DNA of 64,000 bases. It comes from Sphingobacteriales bacterium. GTDB taxonomy: Bacteria > Bacteroidota > Bacteroidia > NS11-12g > UBA9320. Made by a program: the position numbers and the translations under genes. Location of the stretch: assembly GCA_043511425.1 (NCBI GenBank), contig CP121331.1:1371233-1435232 (forward strand), given 5' to 3'. Shown one piece after another: positions 42,602 through 52,796 of the stretch. The notes under the pieces are model-generated. The model searched no databases, was not told the origin of the DNA, and saw only the letters and a list, made by a program, of their open reading frames with translations. Position 1 is the first letter of the stretch; each line of letters opens with the position of its first letter.

Positions 42602-43553
42602 TTACTGTGCGAATAATGACTGAACAAACGAACGTGGATCAAAGATTTGCAAATCATTCATTTGTTCACCTACTCCAATATACTTTACGGGGATGTTAAA
42701 CTGGTCACTTATCCCTATCACCACTCCTCCTTTAGCTGTACCATCTAATTTAGTAAGCGCTAATGCTGTAACATCTGTAGCTGCTGTGAACTGTTTTGCT
42801 TGTTCAAATGCATTTTGACCAGTAGATGCATCGAGTACCAGAAGGACTTCATGAGGAGCTTCAACTATTTGTTTGTCCATTACGCGTTTAATCTTAGAAA
42901 GCTCATTCATCAAATTGACTTTATTATGTAACCTTCCCGCAGTATCTATGATGATAACATCTGCACCGTTTTCCTTACCATATTTCACGGTCTCAAAAGC
43001 CACTGCAGCCGGATCTGTATTCATTCCTTTAGCTATAACCTCTACTCCTACTCGCTCTCCCCAGATTTTTATTTGATCAACTGCTGCGGCCCTGAATGTG
43101 TCTGCTGCTCCTAACACTACTTTGAGTCCTTGCGCTTTAAACATGTGAGCAAGCTTGCCTATGGTAGTAGTCCTTACCTACCCCATTCACACCTACTACC
43201 ATAATTACATATGGCTTAGCGCTTGTTTCGGTTGCACTATTTTCTGTACTGATAAGTAGGTCTGTAATTTCTTCCTGAAGCATAGTCTGAAGCTCGCCTT
43301 TACCCAGATACTTATCCTTGGCTACTCTCTTCTCTATACGCTCAATAATTTTTACCGTGGTATCTACACCAACATCAGAGGATATAAGCACTTCCTCAAG
43401 GTCGTCTAAAAAATCTTCACTTACAGCACTTTTACCAGCAACTGCTTTAGATATCTTATCTATAAAGGAAGTTCTAGTTTGTTCTAATCCCACCTCAAGC
43501 TTTTCTTTTTGCTCTTCAGTAGGTTTCTTTTTAAAAAAGTCTAATAATCCCAT
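42602..43553 (-). pseudogene. ftsY: Signal recognition particle receptor FtsY, reading frame broken by 1-bp insertion in the P-loop (about 43172)
   Basis: ORF 43137-43553 ends VGVNGVGKDYYHRQACSHV*; deleting one G restores VGVNGVGKTTTIGKLAHMFKAQGLKVVL and joins ORF 42602-43144 (DTAGR, TKLDGTAKGG). Confidence 0.8.
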
Positions 43554-43627
43554 AGGTTAAAACATAAAAAAAGCTTCCATCTAAACGAAGGAAGCTTAAG
43601 TTCTTAAAATTAAAAAAGTAAAGAGAA

Positions 43628-43783
43628 TTACTTAGCTAACGCTTCTTTTACAGACTCAGTTGGCATCATCTCTTCTCTGAATGTATAAGCACCTGTTTTA
43701 GGAGACTTAGTACATTTTATAACTTTGGCCCAGTCTCTACCAGAACCAGCTTTTTTTAGGGTTGCTACTACTTTCTTTGCCAT
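43628..43783 (-). CDS. DUF4295 family small protein (51 aa), unlisted ORF
   Basis: MAKKVVATLKKAGSGRDWAKVIKCTKSPKTGAYTFREEMMPTESVKEALAK; conserved position downstream of rpmG in Bacteroidetes. Confidence 0.55.
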   Translation of the reverse strand: MAKKVVATLKKAGSGRDWAKVIKCTKSPKTGAYTFREEMMPTESVKEALAK

Positions 43784-43784
43784 C

Positions 43785-43967
43785 TTATTTTATCTCTTTA
43801 TGTAAAGTTACTTTTTTCATAAATGAATTGTACTTCTTAAGCTCAATACGCTCAGTAGTATTTCTTTTATTTTTGGTAGTGATGTATCTAGACATCCCTG
43901 GAACGTTTGAACCTTTCTGTTCAGTACACTCCAATATTACTTGTACTCTGTTACCTTTCTTAGCCAT
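43785..43967 (-). CDS. rpmG: 50S ribosomal protein L33
   Basis: [17 protein letters not shown]... L33 signature. Confidence 0.85.
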   Translation of the reverse strand: MAKKGNRVQVILECTEQKGSNVPGMSRYITTKNKRNTTERIELKKYNSFMKKVTLHKEIK

Positions 43968-43970
43968 TTC

Positions 43971-44204
43971 TTATATTTTTCCGTTTTTCAACAAACCATT
44001 AAGACAAGCAGTTATCCCCTTCTTGTTGATGGTTTTCAACGCTGAAGTACTTACCTTTAATGTAATCCACTCATCCTGCTCAGGCAGAAAAAACTTTTTA
44101 GTTTGAAGATTTGGATAAAATCTTCTTTTAGTTCTTCTCTTAGAGTGAGAAACATTGTTCCCGCTCATCGCTTTTTTACCTGTTAAATCACAAACTCTAG
44201 ACAT
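43971..44204 (-). CDS. rpmB: 50S ribosomal protein L28
   Basis: MSRVCDLTGKKAMSGNNVSHSKRRTKRRFYPNLQ. Confidence 0.85.
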   Translation of the reverse strand: MSRVCDLTGKKAMSGNNVSHSKRRTKRRFYPNLQTKKFFLPEQDEWITLKVSTSALKTINKKGITACLNGLLKNGKI

Positions 44205-44259
44205 TCCTCTACTTTTTTTAGGGCTGCAAAGATGTTACTAATATTTTATTTATCCAACA

Positions 44260-45477
44260 CTAAGGATACAAAAGATACATTTTTCTTTTCACCTTGTACT
44301 TATCTAAAGCAGGCTGCCACGTTTTACGTATAGCTGCATCACTCATCCCTGACTCAATTTGAAGTCTAAGCTCCTTGTTACCAGCTAGTTTATAGAAGAA
44401 ATCTTTAAAATATTCGCCATCCTCTGTACGATTTGTTTCATACATCTGTATTAACCAATTCAGGTTTAATGTATTTTGATCTAGAATGTGGCCATTTAAA
44501 AAATCAGGGATTACCTCGCCTACACATTCTTTTCCCAAATGCTTTGGATTATCAGACACTCCGGGAATACTCCTAGGTGTAAAGCTAAAACTACCCTCCG
44601 CTCCAGGTCTTCCAATTACTTGAAAAGGGGAGTCCGTGCCACGCCCTATACTGACATTGGTTCCTTCAAAAAGCCCCAAATATGGATACAGATACACGGC
44701 ATTCATGTTTGGCAAATTAGGTGAGGGTCGTACGGGCAGTTTATAGAGACTATCGTGAGTATAGATCAAACAAGGGACTACTTTTAAATTGCAAACCACT
44801 TCATTTTTGAGCCATTTTTCGCCATTGATCATCTGAGCCAATTCCCCTACCGTAAGTCCGTGAACTATAGGAATAGCGTGCATCCCAATAAATGATTTAT
44901 ACTCTGGATCTAAAATTGGTCCATCGATATAATATCCGTTGGGGTTTGGCCTATCCAAGACGATAACTTCCTTATCCAATTCTGCACAAGCTTCCATTAC
45001 ATAATGCATCGTAGAAATATACGTATAGAAACGAACACCTACATCTTGTATATCAAAGATGACCACATCCACATCCGCTAACATGGCTGCTGAGGGTTTC
45101 TTATTTGTACCGTACAAAGAAACTACGTCTAAAATGGTCTTTAAATCTTTACCATCTTTAATAATGGCTCCAGCACTATGATTTCCTCGAAACCCATGTT
45201 CAGGGGCAAATACCTTTTTGATATCCACGCCTAACTGTAGAAGTGTATCTACCAAATGTGTTTTCCGTATAACTGAGGTCTGATTTACGACTAAAGCAAC
45301 TCGTTTACCTTGAAGCGCTTTTAAATACTGATCCATACGCTCAGCTCCAAGCTGGATGACACCTGGCTCCTCCTTAACTTGTTCTAACTCTTTCACTGAA
45401 TCAGCTACAGAGTTATTAGAGGATTTGCACGAAACAAAAATTGCCATCAAAAAGACAATTAATACTGATTTCTTCAT
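44260..45477 (-). CDS. DUF1343 family protein (exo-beta-N-acetylmuramidase NamZ-like), lipoprotein
   Basis: DUF1343 pattern; signal peptide with Cys. Confidence 0.65.
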   Translation of the reverse strand: MKKSVLIVFLMAIFVSCKSSNNSVADSVKELEQVKEEPGVIQLGAERMDQYLKALQGKRVALVVNQTSVIRKTHLVDTLLQLGVDIKKVFAPEHGFRGNHSAGAIIKDGKDLKTILDVVSLYGTNKKPSAAMLADVDVVIFDIQDVGVRFYTYISTMHYVMEACAELDKEVIVLDRPNPNGYYIDGPILDPEYKSFIGMHAIPIVHGLTVGELAQMINGEKWLKNEVVCNLKVVPCLIYTHDSLYKLPVRPSPNLPNMNAVYLYPYLGLFEGTNVSIGRGTDSPFQVIGRPGAEGSFSFTPRSIPGVSDNPKHLGKECVGEVIPDFLNGHILDQNTLNLNWLIQMYETNRTEDGEYFKDFFYKLAGNKELRLQIESGMSDAAIRKTWQPALDKYKVKRKMYLLYP

Positions 45478-45507
45478 ATAAGTTTATAATCTTGCGGGAA
45501 CAAAAAT

Positions 45508-46734
45508 ATGCAATTAGGCTACTACATAGCGAAGAAGCTCAGCTTTAGTAAATCACAATCGTTTACTAAAACGATCACTCTATTAGCCATAGCAGCTGTG
45601 TCTGTAAGCCTCAGTGTAGTCATACTCAGCTTCGGCATACTCCTTGGTTTTAAAAAAGAGATTCGCGAAAAAGTGCAAGGCTATGCTGGAGATATTAGCA
45701 TCAGTAGGTATCAGCTAGCCAATGGTACAGAATCCAATCTTTTTGAGATAGACACTTCATTCATACGTCAATTAAAAAAAGATACACGTGTAAAAACAGT
45801 ATTCCCATTTATCAACAAAGCTGGCATTCTAAAATCGGACTCTACGCTAGAGGGAGTAATACTCAAAGGACTTCCTTCTGACTACAACTTTGAGTTTTTT
45901 CAAAAACATTTAAAAAGAGGAGTATTGCCCACTTATACAGACTCTATAGACCATCACGATATCCTACTGTCTGAATATACTGCCCGTATTATGAATGTAG
46001 ATACCGGGGACAGAATAAACCTCTACTTTATAGATAATTCAGATGTTCGCAGACGAAAACCTAAAATAGTTGGGATTTTCAATACGGGGTTACAAGAGTT
46101 TGACAAGCAATTTGCTGTGGCACATTTACGTGCAGTGCAGCGTGTGGTGGAGAAGGACCACACCTACACTACTGCTGCCGGATATGAAGTGAGACTGCAT
46201 GATTTTGAAAATATAGATGCCACGAAAGACCATATCAGTACGCTGCTCGATTACAACTATGCTATAAATGGAATAGTCGACCTCTACCCCACTATATTCC
46301 AATGGTTAGATATAGTAGATACCAATGTAGAAGTGATCATCCTGTTGATGCTAATAGTCGCTATTATTAACATCATTACAGTTTTGCTCATACTCATTAT
46401 AGAACGCATACCTATGATAGGCGTACTAAAGGCAATGGGAGCTAGAAGCAGCAAGGTTTCCAGTATCTTTAACTGGCAAGGACTATTTATACTCATAGGC
46501 GGAGTAGTGCTAGGCAATGCTATAGCCCTGAGCCTGGCCTTCCTACAAATCAATTATAAGTTTATAGAACTACCTGCAGACACCTACTATATGGATGCAG
46601 TACCATTTACTCTTCCATTGTCTTACCTGTTTGCCATAAATATAGGGGCAGTGATAATTTGTTTCATATTCACCTATATCCCGGTGAGACTGGTCAATAG
46701 TATAAAAGCGAGTGACAGTATAGTATTTAGATAG
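45508..46734 (+). CDS. FtsX-like ABC transporter permease (LolC/E family)
   Basis: N-terminal TM, large periplasmic domain, three C-terminal TM helices. Confidence 0.7.
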   Translation: MQLGYYIAKKLSFSKSQSFTKTITLLAIAAVSVSLSVVILSFGILLGFKKEIREKVQGYAGDISISRYQLANGTESNLFEIDTSFIRQLKKDTRVKTVFPFINKAGILKSDSTLEGVILKGLPSDYNFEFFQKHLKRGVLPTYTDSIDHHDILLSEYTARIMNVDTGDRINLYFIDNSDVRRRKPKIVGIFNTGLQEFDKQFAVAHLRAVQRVVEKDHTYTTAAGYEVRLHDFENIDATKDHISTLLDYNYAINGIVDLYPTIFQWLDIVDTNVEVIILLMLIVAIINIITVLLILIIERIPMIGVLKAMGARSSKVSSIFNWQGLFILIGGVVLGNAIALSLAFLQINYKFIELPADTYYMDAVPFTLPLSYLFAINIGAVIICFIFTYIPVRLVNSIKASDSIVFR

Positions 46735-46739
46735 TACCG

Positions 46740-46862
46740 CTATCTTTTTTCTGTTGGAACATTCTGATGTTCGTATGGACAATGCATACATTTATTGCCA
46801 CAGCAAGAACCTCTTTTTATATGAAAAGCAGCAGTAAAGACTAATAATCCGTCTTCATTCAT
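46740..46862 (-). CDS. Small Cys-rich protein (40 aa; CCGNKCMHCPYEH), unlisted ORF
   Basis: MNEDGLLVFTAAFHIKRGSCCGNKCMHCPYEHQNVPTEKR; resembles small Cys-cluster proteins conserved in Bacteroidetes. Confidence 0.3.
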   Translation of the reverse strand: MNEDGLLVFTAAFHIKRGSCCGNKCMHCPYEHQNVPTEKR

Positions 46863-46873
46863 ATAGTAGTCTT

Positions 46874-47701
46874 CTATTGGTTTAGTTGATTCCCGCACTG
46901 TTTGCAATATTTTGATGTTTTGTCTGATTCAAGATAATCACATTCTGAACAAATGATTCCGCCATTGGTTTGAGCCATCTCCACACTAACTATGCCGGTA
47001 GGCACAGCGATCACTGCATAACCCAGAATCATAAGTGCAGCACTTAGAAATTGCCCCAAAGAAGTAACGGGAGCTATATCACCGTAACCAACGGTAGTCA
47101 GCGTCACTATGGCCCAGTAAATACTGCGTGGAATACTTGTGAACCCTGCTTCTGGTGGCTCTATGACAAACATAAGCGTCCCCATTACCACTACGACTAT
47201 AAGCACTGCTCCAAAAAAGACCGTAATTTTAGCACCACTCTTCCGCAGTGCCTTTCCCATGCCTTGAGCCTCTCCCATAAAGCTTGTAAGTTGGAGTACC
47301 CTAAATATTCTCAACAGCCTTACTGTACGAAGTATGGTAAAAAACTGTGGACCAGGGAAGAAGAATGCAAGATATGTAGGCAGTGTACTAAGTAAATCTA
47401 TAATACCCCACCAGCTCAAGGCAAATTTTTTCTTATCCTCACTCACATACAGCCTAGCGAGATACTCAAGTGTAAAAATACCGGTAAAGAAATACTCAAA
47501 ATACCGTAAATACTCACCATACCTAGCGTTTATAGAAACTACACTTTCTAGCATAACGACTATTACACTAAGTAGTATACCCCAAAGTAACCAGATATCA
47601 AATCTGCGTCCCTCTAAGGTTTCAGCACCAAAGATAATCTCGTGCCATTTCGCCTTATTTGTAGCGTACTTTTTTTCTTTTATAGAAGGGAATTTGGACA
47701 T
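46874..47701 (-). CDS. Potassium channel (TVGYGD selectivity filter) with C-terminal zinc-ribbon
   Basis: TTVGYGD filter; C-terminal CSECDY...CKQCGN four-Cys motif. Confidence 0.75.
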   Translation of the reverse strand: MSKFPSIKEKKYATNKAKWHEIIFGAETLEGRRFDIWLLWGILLSVIVVMLESVVSINARYGEYLRYFEYFFTGIFTLEYLARLYVSEDKKKFALSWWGIIDLLSTLPTYLAFFFPGPQFFTILRTVRLLRIFRVLQLTSFMGEAQGMGKALRKSGAKITVFFGAVLIVVVVMGTLMFVIEPPEAGFTSIPRSIYWAIVTLTTVGYGDIAPVTSLGQFLSAALMILGYAVIAVPTGIVSVEMAQTNGGIICSECDYLESDKTSKYCKQCGNQLNQ

Positions 47702-47752
47702 TGTAATAGTACGAAACTAAGCACTAACTTACGGTTGTTATCAACAGACTAC

Positions 47753-48502
47753 TCAAGAGGCATCTTTACCTATCACATACCTCATACCAATATACAATCC
47801 AAACCCTGTTCCTTTGGTACTTAATTTTGCGCCTTGCTTTTGCGGATTGGATCCAGCAATGTACTCAATATCAAATTCATTAAGCCGCAAGGAGCTAGAT
47901 CTTGCTGAAAGACTTACATCCACATAGAATTCTTTCCCCACGTGTATTAGCGTGCCCACATCTCCTCTAAACAAGTATCCACTCGGACCGAACCCATTGG
48001 AATACGTAATTACTTCAATCTCATCCGTGACACCAAACTCATCATTACGCACCTCTTCTGTAAAAGTCTGAGAACCCTCCCTTGAAAGACTTTTATTAAC
48101 TATAATATTAAGTCCTCCTTGACCATAAAGAGTCATTACTTTATTCAGCGGGTAACGATATCCAGCAGCCATTGAAAGCTGAGTAGTGGTAAAAGTAGGA
48201 TACAACTGATTACCAAACCCTGTTAGAACTGTACCGTTAGGTTGCACTACGTCTATCTCAAATTTTGCACTATAGTCATTCTTTACTAACCCAACCTCTC
48301 CATAAAATTGCTCATTTATCATCTTACCGACATATATTCCCGCTCCTACATCGAGGTGTGTTTTACCTCTTACATTATCATTTTGAGTCACTGTATATCG
48401 ATCTATTTTAGGCCCTAAATGCACTCGGAAGTAGTCTATGGTCTGGCCATAACTCTGGAGGGATCCACCTAGCAGTAGTATCAGTAAGTATCTTAGAATC
48501 AT
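47753..48502 (-). CDS. Outer-membrane beta-barrel (porin family) protein
   Basis: Signal peptide, amphipathic beta strands. Confidence 0.5.
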   Translation of the reverse strand: MILRYLLILLLGGSLQSYGQTIDYFRVHLGPKIDRYTVTQNDNVRGKTHLDVGAGIYVGKMINEQFYGEVGLVKNDYSAKFEIDVVQPNGTVLTGFGNQLYPTFTTTQLSMAAGYRYPLNKVMTLYGQGGLNIIVNKSLSREGSQTFTEEVRNDEFGVTDEIEVITYSNGFGPSGYLFRGDVGTLIHVGKEFYVDVSLSARSSSLRLNEFDIEYIAGSNPQKQGAKLSTKGTGFGLYIGMRYVIGKDAS

Positions 48503-49092
48503 TTAACTAATTGTTTGTTTTTCAAAGTAAAGGTTTTCCTATGACAGTCCGTGTACCCAAATTTAGCAATAGCCTCTCTATGTTGAGCAGTGCCATATCC
48601 TTTGTGCTGCTGCAGACCATATTCTGGGTAATCAAGAGCTAGCTTTTTCATATAGTCATCTCTGTGTGTCTTGGCTAGAATACTAGCGGCGGCTATGCTT
48701 CTGTACTTCCCGTCTCCCTGTATCACGGTAGTGTGTGGTATGAAATCATAAGGTTTAAATCGATTGCCATCTATGAGCAAATGCTCTGGCCTCACCCTTA
48801 ACTTCTCTATGGCTCTATGCATAGCTAGTATACTACAATTGAGAATATTGTACTTGTCTATCTCCTCTTCTGTACAGCTACCTACGGCCCACGCGATGGC
48901 TTTCTCTTCTATCTGTATACGGAGTCTATCGCGCACCGTTTCGGAAAGTTTCTTACTATCATCTAAAAGCGGAAGTCTCACTCGAGGTGGTAATATTACT
49001 GCAGCAGCATATACAGGGCCAGCTAAACAACCTCTACCTGCTTCATCACATCCTGCTTCGATGAGTCCCTTTCGTAAATAGCCTTTGAGCAT
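48499..49092 (-). CDS. rnhB: Ribonuclease HII (start refined to MLKGYL)
   Basis: AGCDEAGRGCLAGPV catalytic DEAGRG motif. Confidence 0.8.
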   Translation of the reverse strand: MLKGYLRKGLIEAGCDEAGRGCLAGPVYAAAVILPPRVRLPLLDDSKKLSETVRDRLRIQIEEKAIAWAVGSCTEEEIDKYNILNCSILAMHRAIEKLRVRPEHLLIDGNRFKPYDFIPHTTVIQGDGKYRSIAAASILAKTHRDDYMKKLALDYPEYGLQQHKGYGTAQHREAIAKFGYTDCHRKTFTLKNKQLVK

Positions 49093-49274
49093 AGAGCAAA
49101 AATAGTTAGATACACTACAAGCCAATAAAATTTGCAGATACATCGCTGACGGTCTCTTAATCATGCGTAGGGAAACATCACCTTGAATAATGCTGTAAGT
49201 GCCTCTTCTGAACGTATTAAGAAAATACAATCCAATTGTTTAGGTGCCAATTATTAACTTAAAAGTATCTAAGT

Positions 49275-50012
49275 TTGCACGCTGTAATGCTCAAGTATAG
49301 AGAGGCCATATATAATAATTATTTTACCAATCAGGTAAATAAACTAGACAAGGATTATCAAGCTATGCTTTCAGAGCAAGCCAAGCATAACACTGTCGAA
49401 CTCATACACCTTTTACCGTCAGATAAGGAAGCGGTAATTGTAGATCTAGGTTGTGGTTTTGGCACATTTGTAAAACCAGCCATAGATGCAGGTTATACTA
49501 ATGTGACAGGTTATGACATTAGCCAAGAACAAGTAGATGTAGCTCATAAACTTGGCATAAGTACTGTGCACCACAGTAGTATTGATGATTTTTTTGCCCA
49601 AGGTAAAAAGGTAGACGTCATCGTAGGATTAGACATCATAGAGCATTTCACTAAAGATGAACTAATAGACTTCTTACTCAATGTAAAAAAATGCCTGAAC
49701 CCAGGCGGAAAAGCCATCTTCAGGACACCAAACATGGATGCTCCTCAGACGAGTCTCTATGCCTATGGAGACATCAGTCACGAAGTATTTTTAAATAAAA
49801 GTTCCGCTCTCCAAGTAACTAAGGCTATGGGTTTCACAAAAGTAGAAGTCACTGGTGGACTAATACATAATGCAAGGCCACTTTTGGAGCTCATTCGCAC
49901 CATAGGTTGGTGGAAATACAAGACGTTTAAAAAGATAGTGTTGTTCTGCACCGCTCGAACTTGGCACAATGTAGTCTTTGAGCCTAATCTTATAATTGTA
50001 GCGGAGGCTTAG
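49275..50012 (+). CDS. Class I SAM-dependent methyltransferase
   Basis: VDLGCGFGTF motif I. Confidence 0.7.
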   Translation: MHAVMLKYREAIYNNYFTNQVNKLDKDYQAMLSEQAKHNTVELIHLLPSDKEAVIVDLGCGFGTFVKPAIDAGYTNVTGYDISQEQVDVAHKLGISTVHHSSIDDFFAQGKKVDVIVGLDIIEHFTKDELIDFLLNVKKCLNPGGKAIFRTPNMDAPQTSLYAYGDISHEVFLNKSSALQVTKAMGFTKVEVTGGLIHNARPLLELIRTIGWWKYKTFKKIVLFCTARTWHNVVFEPNLIIVAEA

Positions 50013-50115
50013 ACATCATCCCCAAAAAGCGGCTCAGACTCTGAGACTACATACTGACATTATACCGATCAGATGCAGTTCTTCTCCGGAAATGGCATTG
50101 ATGATTACTTCATTT

Positions 50116-51839
50116 TTATTCGAAATCCAAACTAAATCTACTGGCAAAATCCGCTAGAGCAGGATACTCTCGTGCCATTACAGCAAACTGCTCTTTGGGA
50201 GAAAATATTTTATATTCACTTATCTCCGTAGCGTTCACTACACACTCCAAACCGCTGAGGCGATAGCCCGCAGCAGCAAAATGCCTTACCAGCTTGTGCT
50301 TGTCCTCTATTATCTGATTCTCTACTATTTTAGATCCTACGGTGATAGTGATGACATCCTCCGCTACTTTGAGCAGGGGATCTGCAAAAAATGCTGCCAA
50401 ACTTCCACGCTTTTCAGCTACTAAAATATCAGCATACTTCTTAAACATCTCTTTAGCAGAGAGTTCATCTATTCCTTTTAACTTGCTACTCTCTTCTGCT
50501 GATAAAACACCCGTACTATCCGAAATGTCTTTTTTGATGGTCTTACGAGCATTCATAGCACTGCGAAGCCCCCCTATTTTCACAGTTTCTATGGGTTCAT
50601 TTTCCTCGCCCCTTTTCTCTTTTTTGGCAACAATAGGTGACGCTGAGTTCTCAGCAGCCTCGGTGTTTTCTTGAAAAAGATGGGTGAAATATCCTGTGTT
50701 AGCGAGTAGTGCTAGCTTAGGCTTTTTTTTTTAGTCACGTCTATAGCGTGTTGGAGAGAAGCTAGTTTAATAAGAGCCAACTCTATATGCAGACGTTGGT
50801 TTCTGCTAGTCTTATAAGTAGTACCGGTCTCTCCCAGAATATTAATAGCATTCACTATAAATGACGCACTCACTTCCTGTGACTGCTTGTGATATCTGCC
50901 TGCAATTTCCTTAGATTTTTCTAGCAACTGCTGGCTACTCGCATTCTGAGCTACCAGTAAGTCACGCATGTGATTTGCTAAGCCATGCAAGAACAACTCT
51001 CCATCAAATCCCTTCTGTAGTATCTCATTGAATAGTACCAATGCAGCACTTATATCCCCTGCAAGGAACGTATCTACTACTTTAAAAAAGTAGTCATAAT
51101 CTAAAATATTGAGATTATCGATAACCTCTTGGTACGAGATTTTACCTTCCGTACCGAAACTCGCCATTTGATCAAAAATAGACAGAGCGTCTCGCATAGC
51201 CCCGTCAGCTTTCTGTGCTATGAGGTGAAGCGCTTCCTCTTCCGCATCTATTTTCTCGTCTGCAGCTATTCCTTTCAGATGTTCTACGATCTGCGGTATA
51301 GTGATTCTGTCGAAGTTAAACACCTGACAACGAGAGAGTATAGTAGGAAGTATCTTGTGTTTTTCTGTAGTGGCTAGTATAAAAATAGCATACTTTGGTG
51401 GTTCTTCTAATGTTTTCAGAAATGCATTAAATGCAGCCTGAGAGAGCATATGAACCTCATCTATGATATACACCTTATAATCTCCTGTTTGCGGTGGTAT
51501 CCTTACTTGCTCATTTAGCGCTCGGATGTCATCCACAGAGTTATGTGAAGCAGCATCTAGCTCAAAAATATTGAATGAGTAGTCATACCCTTCCGGAACA
51601 GTCCCCTTATTAATTTCTTTGGCTAAAATCCTAGCACACGTAGTTTTACCTACACCTCTAGGTCCACAGAATAGAAACGCTTGGGCTAGGCGATCATTGG
51701 TAATTTCATTGACCAAAGTTTCCGTAATATGCTGTTGTCCGACAACCGTATCAAAGGTCTCCGGACGATACTTTCTTGCACTTACTATAAAACTTCCCAT
51801 TACTGCTGCAAAGAATATATCTCTTACGGTGATAAACAA
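50116..51839 (-). CDS. dnaX: DNA polymerase III subunit gamma/tau; 0-frame terminates after 375 aa just past an A10 tract (T10 at 50723-50732); the frame one A later is open through 50116
   Basis: N-terminal clamp-loader AAA+ (GPRGVGKTT); ORF 50712-51839 ends ...DVTKKKSLS*; with 11 As instead of 10 the reading is TKKKKPKLALLANTGYF...TVKIGGLRSAM, continuous with ORF 50116-50583. Confidence 0.8.
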
Positions 51840-52018
51840 GCAGTGTTGAAAAAGTAATCCTCTTTAACTGTGCACCTTTAATTACCATACCACTATTTCG
51901 ATGTGTAAACGAGCGTGTTCAGCCGTATTTTCTAAGTTTTAAAAAAAACAAGTAGGTATATGATCCGTAAAAAACACAAAAAAGTGAGTTATAGCCTTTG
52001 ATATTACTAGCAAAATAC

Positions 52019-52026
52019 TACTTTTG
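52019..52026 (+). promoter_or_regulatory. Bacteroidetes -7 promoter motif TACTTTTG upstream of rpsF operon
   Basis: TAnnTTTG 32 nt upstream of rpsF ATG. Confidence 0.4.
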
Positions 52027-52057
52027 CAGCCGTTAAAATTTTAACACAAATTAAACA

Positions 52058-52510
52058 ATGGCAAAAACTAATTACGAGTCTGTGGTTGTACTTACACCCG
52101 TGCTTAGCGAAAAGATGATGCAGGAAGCTGTATTATCATTCGAGAAGCTGATCACAGAAAACGGTGGAGAGCTCATCCACAAAGAGAACTGGGGCCTAAC
52201 GAAAATGGCGTACCCTATTCAGAAAAAAACTACAGGTTTCTATCAGATTTTCGAATTTGCTGCTGAACCAGATGCTGAAATTGTAGATAAGCTTGAATTA
52301 GCTTACAGACGAGATGAGCAAGTTCTTAGATACTTATGTATTAAACTTGACAAGCATGCTGTAAAGTACAACGAGAGAAGAAGAAACGGAGAATTCAACA
52401 AGCCTAAGAAAGCGGATGCACCAGCAGCTGCTAAGCCAGTAACTACAGAGAAATCTGCACCAGTAGCTGAAGCAAAGGTTTCACCAGCTAACACAGAGGA
52501 AGAGGAATAA
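52058..52510 (+). CDS. rpsF: 30S ribosomal protein S6 with acidic/Ala-rich C-terminal tail
   Basis: YESVVVLTPVLSE...GGELIHKENWGLTKMAYPI. Confidence 0.85.
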   Translation: MAKTNYESVVVLTPVLSEKMMQEAVLSFEKLITENGGELIHKENWGLTKMAYPIQKKTTGFYQIFEFAAEPDAEIVDKLELAYRRDEQVLRYLCIKLDKHAVKYNERRRNGEFNKPKKADAPAAAKPVTTEKSAPVAEAKVSPANTEEEE

Positions 52511-52514
52511 GATT

Positions 52515-52769
52515 ATGGCTAAAAGAAAAAGATACAAAAGAACGCCCATAGTACGTCCTAAGAAGTACTGTAGATTTAAGAAAAGTGGTATCAAGTATAT
52601 TGATTATAAAAACCCAGATTTCTTAATGCCGTTTATTAATGAGCAAGGAAAACTTCTGCCAAGAAGAATTACTGGTACTTCATTAAAATGCCAAAGAAAA
52701 GTAGCTGTAGCAGTAAAAAGATGTAGACACATAGCTCTACTTCCTTACGTAGCAGATCAGATGAAATAA
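52515..52769 (+). CDS. rpsR: 30S ribosomal protein S18
   Basis: KYCRFKKSGIKYIDYKNPDFL...ITGTS. Confidence 0.85.
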   Translation: MAKRKRYKRTPIVRPKKYCRFKKSGIKYIDYKNPDFLMPFINEQGKLLPRRITGTSLKCQRKVAVAVKRCRHIALLPYVADQMK

Positions 52770-52796
52770 ATAAAACCAACTAATTTTAAAAAATCA

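Noticed and set aside
50342-50674. 110-aa + strand ORF
   Set aside because: Antisense to the tau-encoding continuation of dnaX. Spurious.
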